DNA of 64,000 nucleotides from a bacterium (GTDB lineage Bacteria; UBA8248; JACPRG01; G963555815): contig CAUVWX020000001.1 in NCBI GenBank assembly GCA_963555815.3, positions 1,152,001-1,216,000 on the forward strand, given 5' to 3'. The notes beneath the pieces were generated by a model. It had not been told where the DNA came from and did not search any database. It was given only the letters and a program-made list of their open reading frames with translations. The translations under genes were made by a program, and so were the position numbers. The first letter of the stretch is position 1. Each line of letters starts with the position of its first letter. Positions 41,679-49,929 of this stretch are shown piece by piece.

Positions 41679-43304
41679 ATGAGAAAGCTTTGGAACCGGG
41701 CAATAATTGTCTTCCTCTTGTTCTTCGCCGCCCTCGTGGCGTTGCCCACTGCCAGCGAGGCACAGGGACATCCCTCCGCCACAGATCGGCCTGGCCTAAA
41801 GAAGGACCCCTTCTCAGATCCCCGCCTAAAATATTTCGAAGAAGTCTTCCGCCTAATCGAGAGAAATCATGTCGCAGGCCCTTCAGTCAAGAGCCTCATC
41901 TCGGGGGCGATTGAGGGTTTGAGGAAGGAGGCGGGGGCCGACCGTGTGGAAGGGGAGGGGACACCCGCCCTTCGAATGGCCGGCAGGGAGTTGCAACTCT
42001 CTATCACGGAAGACGCGGAAAAAAGCCTGAGGGAGTTCTCCCAGGCTTACGACTTTCTGAAAGAGGGCATGCCTGCGGAGCAGGAGCACGGGGATCTCGT
42101 CTACGCCGCCGTCGATGGGATGCTGACGGCCCTTGACCCTCACAGCCATCTCCTGCGGCCCGAGATCTTTGAGGAGTTCCGGACCGAAACCCGTGGGGAG
42201 TTCAGTGGCCTTGGGATCGAGATCACCCTCCGGGAAGACCAGCTTATGGTGGTGGCCCCCATCGAGGGGACACCGGCCTATCGAGCGGGTCTCCGGTCCA
42301 GGGACGAGATCATCGAGATCGACGGGGTCAGCACCCGTGGGATGAACCTGTTCGAGTCCGTCCGCAGGATGCGGGGGGCCAGGGGCACTCAGGTCACACT
42401 GGCCATCCGGCGGGAGAGATTGCCGGCCCCTCTGTCCTTTACCCTGACCCGGGAGGTCATCAAGATTCGAAGTGTCCGCTCCAACGTCCTGGAGGGGGGA
42501 GTCGGCTATATTCGGATCCGAAGTTTTCTTGAGACCACCGGGAAGGATCTCCGTAACGCCCTTCGGGACTTGACGGACCAGGAGATCAATGGCCTCATCT
42601 TGGACCTTCGAAATAACCCAGGGGGGCTCCTTCATCAGGCTGTCGAAGTGGCTGATGCTTTCCTCGAAAAGAGCTCTCTCATCGTCTCCACGCGCGCAAG
42701 GCGCCCGGACCAGAACCTGAAGTTCATTGATCGGAAAAGGGGTCCTTACGAGGAGATCCCCCTTGTGGTCCTGGTCAATTCTGGCAGCGCTAGCGCGGCC
42801 GAGATCGTCTCGGGGGCCCTTCAGGACCTCGACCGGGGTCTTATCCTCGGACGGCGGACCTTTGGGAAAGGCTCCGTCCAATCTATCATCCCCCTCAGTG
42901 ATGGTTCCGGCCTTCGTCTCACCACCTCCCACTATTACACTCCCCATGGGCGGGACATCCACGAAAAGGGTCTCCTGCCGGACATCCTTATCCCCCAGCC
43001 CGGAGACAATGCGGGAGAGGTCATCCGCGAGCGGGACCTCGTCACTTACCACCAAAGAGGTGTTAGGCCCGAGGACGATGCTGATCGCCCCACACGGAAC
43101 CCGGGTCAGCCCTTGAGACCTCTTTTCGGCTCCCCGGAAGATCATCAGCTGGAGATGGCTCGAAGGCTTCTGGCGGAACACCCCACGGCGGACGTCTACG
43201 AGTTGTTCACCTACGCCAATCGCGAGCTTGAGCTGGTGGGGTCCACCTCCCAAACGCCTGAGGCCTCAGACCTCCAGGCCGACGACCTGGGGGAGGAGAG
43301 ATGA
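41679..43304 (+). CDS. ctpA: C-terminal processing protease (S41A)
   Basis: Signal peptide, LDPHS, PDZ domain, DLRNNPGG, SASAAEI, TFGKGSVQ. Confidence 0.88.
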   Translation: MRKLWNRAIIVFLLFFAALVALPTASEAQGHPSATDRPGLKKDPFSDPRLKYFEEVFRLIERNHVAGPSVKSLISGAIEGLRKEAGADRVEGEGTPALRMAGRELQLSITEDAEKSLREFSQAYDFLKEGMPAEQEHGDLVYAAVDGMLTALDPHSHLLRPEIFEEFRTETRGEFSGLGIEITLREDQLMVVAPIEGTPAYRAGLRSRDEIIEIDGVSTRGMNLFESVRRMRGARGTQVTLAIRRERLPAPLSFTLTREVIKIRSVRSNVLEGGVGYIRIRSFLETTGKDLRNALRDLTDQEINGLILDLRNNPGGLLHQAVEVADAFLEKSSLIVSTRARRPDQNLKFIDRKRGPYEEIPLVVLVNSGSASAAEIVSGALQDLDRGLILGRRTFGKGSVQSIIPLSDGSGLRLTTSHYYTPHGRDIHEKGLLPDILIPQPGDNAGEVIRERDLVTYHQRGVRPEDDADRPTRNPGQPLRPLFGSPEDHQLEMARRLLAEHPTADVYELFTYANRELELVGSTSQTPEASDLQADDLGEER

Positions 43305-44110
43305 TCCGGGCCATCCTAGCTGGGGCTGCCGGACGCATGGGAGAACGCATCCTCCATGCCCTGGTCGAGTCAAAAGATTTCGAGCTCGGCGGGGCCTGCG
43401 AGCGATCCGATCACCCGGCGGTGGGGCAGGATGTGGGAACGCTGGCAGGTCTGGGCCACCTCGGTGTTCCCATCGCCGCTAGCCTGGATGAGATTATCGA
43501 GCGAGGAGATGTCCTCATCGACTTCACCACCCCCTCCGCCTCGATCTCTCACCTGAAGACAGTGGCCAAAAAGGGGAGGGCCGCGGTGGTCGGGACAACG
43601 GGCTTTGACGAGGCCCAGCGAAAGACCGTCCAGTCTCTAGGGGATTCACTTCGCGCCGTCATTTCCCCCAACATGAGCGTCGGCGTCAACGTGATGCTGC
43701 GCCTCACGGCAGAAGCGGCTAGGCTCCTTGGGCCCGATTTCGATGTAGAGGTCTTGGAGGCCCATCACAGCCAGAAGAAGGACGCCCCGAGCGGGACCGC
43801 CCTCGCCCTCGCCAGCGCTGTGGCTGCCAGCCAGGGGCGGAGCCTGGAGGAGGTGGGGGTCTTTGGCCGAAAGGGCCTCATCGGCGAGCGCAAGAAGGGC
43901 GAGATTGGCATCATGAGCCTTCGGGCTGGAGACCAGGTCGGAGAGCATCTGGTCATGTTCGCGGGAGTGGGAGAGCGCCTGGAAGTGGTCCACCGCGCCC
44001 ATAGCCGGGACAACTTCGCTCGAGGGGCCATTCGGGCTGCGCGCTGGGTCGTTGACCAGCCCCCGGGGGTCTACTCCATGGCCAATGTCCTGGGCCTGTC
44101 TGAGCGCTGA
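43301..44110 (+). CDS. dapB: 4-hydroxy-tetrahydrodipicolinate reductase
   Basis: GAAGRMG, DFT, GTTG, NMSVGVN, EAHH..KKDAPSGTA. Confidence 0.96.
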   Translation: MIRAILAGAAGRMGERILHALVESKDFELGGACERSDHPAVGQDVGTLAGLGHLGVPIAASLDEIIERGDVLIDFTTPSASISHLKTVAKKGRAAVVGTTGFDEAQRKTVQSLGDSLRAVISPNMSVGVNVMLRLTAEAARLLGPDFDVEVLEAHHSQKKDAPSGTALALASAVAASQGRSLEEVGVFGRKGLIGERKKGEIGIMSLRAGDQVGEHLVMFAGVGERLEVVHRAHSRDNFARGAIRAARWVVDQPPGVYSMANVLGLSER

Positions 44111-44112
44111 CA

Positions 44113-44141
44113 ATTTAGACATAATCTATTTTATTTCCAAT
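44113..44141 (-). other. dif-like (XerC/XerD) site candidate
   Basis: Minus strand reads ATTGGAAATAA-AATAGA-TTATGTCTAAAT, which has the ATAA-N6-TTATG core. Confidence 0.45.
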
Positions 44142-44191
44142 ATATTAGATCAAATTCTTAAAGTAATAGATGAATAGATCTAATCACTCCT

Positions 44192-44957
44192 TCATTCCCC
44201 CTCAAAGTAGTCCCGTGCCGCTTGAAGACCGAGGGGGGACCCCGCGTCAAAACCCCTCCCTTGAAGTTCTACCGCAAGGACCTCCCTCTCCTGGATGAGC
44301 CTTTGGATGAGAGGGACGTCGTCGAGCTCCCCTTTTTTAGGCTTCATCTGTTGGATGAGGTCAAGAAGGTGCGGGAAGTGGACGGCGCGCGGGAAGAGCC
44401 GCGGGCGTCTTTGAGCCGTCAAAACTTTGAAGCGATCTGGGCCTTTGTCCCCCAGGTGCAGGATCCGACGAACGGCTCCTCCTTCCTCCAGCTTCACGGC
44501 GCCTGAGTTTTGCAGGACATCCTCATTTTGTCACCCAAGTGAAGCCGATGCAGTCCCTCTGCTGTTTCTGAAAGGCTTTCAGAACCTGCGCGAGGCCAGG
44601 TTCATGGCCGGCGAAGAGGGTGTCGGGCAAAAGGAGGGCAAAGGGTTTTTCGCCCAAGAACTCTCGGCAGCGGCCCTCGGCCTCAGCAAGGCCGAGAGGT
44701 TCCGGCTGAAGGACGGCAGTGACCTTCAGTGCGGGCGGTGCCTCGGCCCGAAGGATGGAAAGGAGATTTAGTTTTGTTGGACTCAGGACCAGAAGGGCCT
44801 CCTGAATCCCGGAGGCCGCTGCCTCCTGGAGGGCGTGGACGGCGAGGGGGACGCCCGCCACGGGGAGCATCTCCTTCGCGCCCCCCCGCGTCAGCTCCCG
44901 CATTCTCATCCCCCTTCCGGCCATGGGGATGATGACTTTTTGCACGTCCATTTTCAC
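44192..44957 (-). pseudogene. sugar-phosphate nucleotidyltransferase (GalU/RmlA-like), frameshifted near 44526 (real lesion or assembly error)
   Basis: N-terminal half IPMAGRG.R......AKEMLPV, QPEPLGLA, LLPD. Removing one A from the A-run before TGA continues into ORF 44192-44497 (GELDD..., FDAG..LG). Confidence 0.75.
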
Positions 44958-45058
44958 CGGTGTTTCAATCGGGCGGGCCGCTTTTTTTGAATGGCCCAGG
45001 AGGCAGGGAACCCCAAGCCAGCGTCAAGGGGGTCCCCTCTCGGGGCTCTCTAAAAACC

Positions 45059-45769
45059 TTAGAAGGATTTGGTCTCCCCTGGCTGAAGCTCCACCACCTC
45101 AAGATTGGCGATTCCACGGGTCTCCTTTCGGAGGGTTTCGGGCGTCCCCGTGAGCAGGGGGAAGGTTCCGTAGTGGCAGGGGATGGCGATTTGAATCCCC
45201 AGGAGCCGGCAGGCATAGGCCGCCTCGCGGGGGTCCATCGTGAAGTGGCTCCCAATGGGGAGGATGCCGATGGTGGGCCGGTAGAGTTCTCTAATGATCT
45301 TCATGTCCCCGAAGACGGAGGTGTCACCTGCGATGTAGACCCGAACCCCATTCTCGAACTCGACTACATAGCCGGCCGCCTCGCCGAGATAGACGTTCCC
45401 TCCGTTCTCGACAACGGAGGAGCTGTGCTGGGCGTGGGTCATGGTGAACTTGATGCCCAGAACCTCCTGGGTGCCGCCTTTGTTCATGCCGCTTGCCTTC
45501 TCGACCCCTTTCTCGCCGAGCCAGACGGCGACTTCGTTTTGGGCGACGATGGGGGGCTTATGGGCCTTGGCAAGGGGGATTACATCCCCTACATGGTCGA
45601 AGTGTCCGTGGGTGATCAGGATGAGGTCGCACTTTTCGACCTTTTTGTGGTCCTTGGGACAGGAGGGGTTTTCCTCAAGCCAGGGGTCCAAGTAAAGCGT
45701 TTTGCCCCCCGGCGTATCCATTTTAAAGCTCGCATGCCCGAGCCAGGTGATGCTCAGTGTATCCGCCAT
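45059..45769 (-). CDS. metallo-beta-lactamase-fold hydrolase (UPF0173-like)
   Basis: WLGHA, THGHFDH, AQHSS, AGDT, PCHYGTF. Confidence 0.88.
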   Translation of the reverse strand: MADTLSITWLGHASFKMDTPGGKTLYLDPWLEENPSCPKDHKKVEKCDLILITHGHFDHVGDVIPLAKAHKPPIVAQNEVAVWLGEKGVEKASGMNKGGTQEVLGIKFTMTHAQHSSSVVENGGNVYLGEAAGYVVEFENGVRVYIAGDTSVFGDMKIIRELYRPTIGILPIGSHFTMDPREAAYACRLLGIQIAIPCHYGTFPLLTGTPETLRKETRGIANLEVVELQPGETKSF

Positions 45770-46117
45770 GCCCTAAATCTCCTTGCGGGGAAGAAATGAG
45801 CCCCATGGTCATGAGAAGTGGAAGTTTCAAACCATCATGCAATAGATGAGGTTTCCTGCTGTATCTCCTTTCTAACTCTTGGTGAGTGGCCTTTTCAGCC
45901 CTCTCTCCAACCTTCCAAGAAAACAGTTTAATTTTATCAGAGAAGGGGGTCTTCCGGGGCTTTTCCTTCGGCAGGGGACCTGCTTCATGGAAAGAGGTTG
46001 CGGCTCTTTAAAACCATGTGTTAACGTTACCCGAGATTTTGCCCTAGTGATTTCTGGAAGATGACGGGCGGTCCTTCGAGCGGCGTGGGCGAAGTGCTGC
46101 GGGAAAGAGGACTACAG

Positions 46118-47284
46118 ATGGATGTCCCACGGGCTGATAGGCTTGACCGGTTGCCACCCTACCTCTTTGCCGAGATCGACCGGATGAAGCAGGAGGCCCT
46201 GGAACAGGGGATCTCCATCATTAGCCTGGGGATCGGGGACCCGGACCTTCCCACCCCTCCCCACATCGTCGAGGTTTTGAAGCGGGCGGCTGACAATCCC
46301 GCCTATCATCGCTATCCCGCCTACGAGGGAATGCAAACGTTTCGGGAGGCGGTCGCCACTTGGTATCGCAATCGTTTCGGCGTTGAGTTGGACCCCGACC
46401 GCGAGGTCCTCTCCCTCATCGGCTCCAAGGAGGGTCTTGGGCACCTGCCCCTCGCTTTCCTCAACCCGGGTGAGGTGTCCCTCATCCCGGACCCCGCCTA
46501 TCCGGTTTACGAGGCGGGGACGGTCTTCGCGGGAGGCCATCCCGTCCGGATGCCCCTCCTGGCAGAGAACGCCTTTCTGCCTGACCCGGAAGATTTAAAG
46601 ATGAGCGATGTCCGGCAGGCCAAGCTCCTCTTCTTGAACTATCCCAACAACCCGACGGCGGCTGTAGCCCCTGAGGAGTTTTTTGGCGGGATTGTGGACT
46701 TCGCCAGGGAGTACCAGATTATCGTGGTCCATGACGCCGCCTATTCGGAGGTGGCCTTTGACGGATATCAGCCCCGGAGCTTCCTTCAGACGCCCGGGGC
46801 CAAAGAGGTGGGCATTGAGCTTCACTCCCTCTCGAAGACCTTTAACATGACGGGTTGGCGGGTTGGCTTCGCGGTGGGGAATGAAGAGGTTCTTTCGGCT
46901 CTGGGGGCTGTCAAGACGAATGTCGACTCGGGTGTCTTCCAAGCCGTTCAGGAAGCCGCCATTGCGGCCCTTACGGGAGACCAAGGCTGTGTAGAGGAGA
47001 TGCGGCAGCTCTATGGACGCCGCCGGGATGTGATGTGCGAAGGAATCCGCTCCGTTGGCCTTGAGGCTGAAACTCCCCGGGCCACCTTCTATGTCTGGAT
47101 TCGCGTCCCAGAGGTCTACACCTCGGCCAGCTTCACGGCCCATCTCCTCCAGAAGGCGGGTGTGATGACGACCCCGGGAAATGGCTTTGGGGAGAACGGG
47201 GAGGGCTTCATCCGCGCCGCCCTGACTCAGGACGAGGGTCAGATTCAGGAGGCCATCGAGCGAATTCGGAAGGCTGGCTTCTGA
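46118..47284 (+). CDS. dapL: LL-diaminopimelate aminotransferase (class I PLP)
   Basis: PPYLFAEID, GIGDPD, GSKEG, YPNNPT, DAAY, SLSKTFNMTGWR. No dapD/C/E in the neighbouring dap cluster. Confidence 0.78.
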   Translation: MDVPRADRLDRLPPYLFAEIDRMKQEALEQGISIISLGIGDPDLPTPPHIVEVLKRAADNPAYHRYPAYEGMQTFREAVATWYRNRFGVELDPDREVLSLIGSKEGLGHLPLAFLNPGEVSLIPDPAYPVYEAGTVFAGGHPVRMPLLAENAFLPDPEDLKMSDVRQAKLLFLNYPNNPTAAVAPEEFFGGIVDFAREYQIIVVHDAAYSEVAFDGYQPRSFLQTPGAKEVGIELHSLSKTFNMTGWRVGFAVGNEEVLSALGAVKTNVDSGVFQAVQEAAIAALTGDQGCVEEMRQLYGRRRDVMCEGIRSVGLEAETPRATFYVWIRVPEVYTSASFTAHLLQKAGVMTTPGNGFGENGEGFIRAALTQDEGQIQEAIERIRKAGF

Positions 47285-47341
47285 GGCACACGGGCCCTTG
47301 CGCCGGAGGACCGGGACGCTTCCAAAGGGGTCTAGGAAAGT

Positions 47342-47899
47342 TTGAAGCCTCCTCAGGAGATTGAAGTTTTTATCGGGGTAGGGTCGAATCTGGAGGGTCC
47401 CCTGGAACGGTGCCAGGAGGCCGTGAGGCGGCTCGCCGAGGCTGAGGGGGTGACGGTGGCCCGATACTCCCCTTGGTACCGGACAGACCCCGTGGGTTCC
47501 CCTGATCAACCCGACTACGTTAATGGTGTGGTCCAGATTGAGACAGCCCTTGACCCGCTTGAGACCCTCAGGCTCCTTCGCACGATCGAGGACCAGATGG
47601 GAAGGCGCCGGGGGCCTCACTGGAGTCCCCGCGTCATTGACCTGGACCTCCTCCTCTACGGTGACGTCGTCCTCAAGACCGAAGTCCTCACTCTCCCCCA
47701 TCCAGAGCTGCATCATCGGCGCTTCGTCCTGGTCCCCCTCTTGGACCTTTCCCCCCAGGGCCGTCACCCTCTCCTCGAGAGGGGCTTTCGGGATCTTTTG
47801 GAAACCCTTCCCGAGGGGCAAGGGGTGGCCCCACTTGCCTTGGAAAAAGAGAGGGAGGGCCTGAGAGGTCATGGATCAGGCGAGATACATCGCCATTGA
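47342..47899 (+). CDS. folK: 2-amino-4-hydroxy-6-hydroxymethyldihydropteridine diphosphokinase
   Basis: GVGSNL, Q.DYVN, PRVIDLDLL, LPHP....R.FVL.PL. Confidence 0.93.
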   Translation: MKPPQEIEVFIGVGSNLEGPLERCQEAVRRLAEAEGVTVARYSPWYRTDPVGSPDQPDYVNGVVQIETALDPLETLRLLRTIEDQMGRRRGPHWSPRVIDLDLLLYGDVVLKTEVLTLPHPELHHRRFVLVPLLDLSPQGRHPLLERGFRDLLETLPEGQGVAPLALEKEREGLRGHGSGEIHRH

Positions 47900-48515
47900 A
47901 GGACCCATCGGCGTCGGGAAGACGAGCCTGGCCCAGAGGCTTGCAGAGCGCCTGGATGGGACCTGCGTCCTAGAAGCGGCCGAGGAAAACCCCTTCCTGA
48001 AACATTTCTACCGGGACGTCCGAGGCTACGCCTTTCAGACCCAACTTTTCTTCCTCCTCAACCGCTACCGTCAGCAGCTCAGCCTTGCCCAGCATGACCT
48101 CTTCAGCCGATTCACCTTCAGCGATTATCTCTTCGCCAAGGATCGGATCTTCGCCTACCTCAACCTGGATGAAGATGAGCTCCGTCTCTACGAGGAGATC
48201 TACCTGCTCCTTCGCGCACGAACCCCGATCCCGGACCTCGTCGTCTTCCTCCAGGCGAGCACCGGAGTCCTTCTGGAGCGGATTCGGAGCCGGCGGCGGG
48301 ATTATGAGGGCACACTTTTGCCCGAATACGTAGAGCGCCTGAACCAGGCCTATAATGGCTACTTCTTCCGCTACCGCGAGACCCCTATCCTGGTTGTCAA
48401 CACGGATGAGCTGGACTTCGTCCATCGCGAATAGGAATTCGAAGACCTGGTGAGGGAGATCCTCCTGATGAAACAGGGGATACAGGCCTATATTCCCCGG
48501 GCTCGGAGATCCTGA
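47871..48515 (+). CDS. deoxynucleoside kinase (in-frame TAG at 48432-48434)
   Basis: IEGPIGVGKT, ENPFL..FY, QLFFL..R, PDLVVFL. The frame continues after TAG as EFEDLVREILLMKQGIQAYIP to TGA at 48515. Confidence 0.85.
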
Positions 48516-48577
48516 GGGTCCGTTCTCCATCCAGTGGTGCCAGAAGGGCTTGCGCTCTTCCTTTAAGAGGAGGGAAC

Positions 48578-49456
48578 GTGCGCGTCCTGGAAGCCAGTCG
48601 GGAGATGACGAAGGTCTCCCTCGACCTTCGGGCGAAGGGAAAGACGGTCGCCTTTGTCCCCACGATGGGGGCCCTCCATAGGGGGCATATCAGTCTCCTT
48701 GAGCGGGCGAAGGGGGAGAACAACGTCCTGGTCATGAGTCTCTTTGTTAACCCGACCCAGTTTGCCCCGGGGGAGGATTACGAGGCTTATCCGAGGGACA
48801 GGGAGGGCGACCTGAGGAAGGCCCAAGAGGCGGGCGTTGATCTCGTCTTCGCGCCCACCGTTGAGGAGATGTACCCCCCAGGAGACAAAACCCCCGTTCG
48901 GGTGGAGGGACTTTCAGAGAAGCTTTGCGGGGCTTTTCGCCGGGGCCACTTCCAGGGGGTGACGACCGTAGTGGCGACGCTCTTTGAAATCGTCCAGCCT
49001 CATCGTGCCTATTTCGGAAAGAAGGATTACCAGCAGTGGGTCATCCTGCGGCGCATGACCGCGGACCTGGGGATGGAGATCGAGGTGATCGGGTGTCCGA
49101 CCGTCCGAGACCCAGACGGCCTCGCCACGAGCTCAAGAAATGCCTATCTCAGCGAGGTGGGGCGGGCGCAGGCGAGGGCGCTCCCGCAGGCCCTGAGGGG
49201 GATCCAGGAGGCAGTGCGAGGGGGTGATAGCACGCCGGCCCCCTTGGTGGCTGAGGCCCGTCGGCTGATGGAGGAGGCGGGGCTTCAGGTTGAGTATGTG
49301 GCCCTGGTCCACCCAGAGACCCTGGAGGATCTGGAAAAGGTCGAAGGCCCTGCCGTGGCCCTGGCCGCGGTCTGGTGCGGACGGGCGAGGCTCATTGACA
49401 ATGTGGAGCTGGGCGAAGGGGAGAAGGAGTCGGGAGGCGATGTTTTCGAGAAATGA
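48578..49456 (+). CDS. panC: pantoate-beta-alanine ligase
   Basis: VPTMGALH.GH, FVNPTQF, GHF.GV, FG.KDYQQ, SSRN, RLIDN. Confidence 0.95.
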   Translation: MRVLEASREMTKVSLDLRAKGKTVAFVPTMGALHRGHISLLERAKGENNVLVMSLFVNPTQFAPGEDYEAYPRDREGDLRKAQEAGVDLVFAPTVEEMYPPGDKTPVRVEGLSEKLCGAFRRGHFQGVTTVVATLFEIVQPHRAYFGKKDYQQWVILRRMTADLGMEIEVIGCPTVRDPDGLATSSRNAYLSEVGRAQARALPQALRGIQEAVRGGDSTPAPLVAEARRLMEEAGLQVEYVALVHPETLEDLEKVEGPAVALAAVWCGRARLIDNVELGEGEKESGGDVFEK

Positions 49457-49510
49457 GAACAGGGAGAGCAAATCCCTTGCTCCCCCTGTTTGCCGGAATG
49501 CGACGTTTTT

Positions 49511-49669
49511 CTAAAAGATGGCGTAGATGAAGGGGGCCAGCGCCGAGCCCTCGGTGAAGATAATGAGGAAGCTCAAGAGCACAAGCAGGATGAAAATCGG
49601 GGCGAGCCACCACTTCTTCCGAACTTTAAGAAACTCCCAAAATTCAGCGACGATGGCGATCTTGCTCAT
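49511..49669 (-). CDS. DUF5989/SxtK-like small membrane protein (52 aa)
   Basis: EFWEFLKVRKKWWLAP...GSALAPFIYAIF, with GGAGG RBS upstream of ATG 49669. Confidence 0.8.
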   Translation of the reverse strand: MSKIAIVAEFWEFLKVRKKWWLAPIFILLVLLSFLIIFTEGSALAPFIYAIF

Positions 49670-49929
49670 AGAAAACTTTCCTCCTGGCCACTCTAAAAGG
49701 ATCTGAAACCCCGAGCAGGTTTCAGCCCTTAAAATAAGAACAAAAATCTTCTTGTCATGCAAGATCTTTTTCAATTCTCAAAAAGGGCGCCTTCTTGACC
49801 CCCTTTCCCCCCCCATGCTAGCGTGAGGTAATGAGATGTTGGTATTATTTTGCTGGGCGTTGGACGATCAACTGAGCCATGTCCCTGGCCGCCGGCAGCA
49901 GGGCTAAAAATTCTGCCTGAGGGAAGGCG

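Noticed and set aside
48432..48434. Genome-wide amber recoding or pyrrolysine
   Set aside because: It is a single instance, TAG terminates other genes at the expected positions, and no pyl genes are present.
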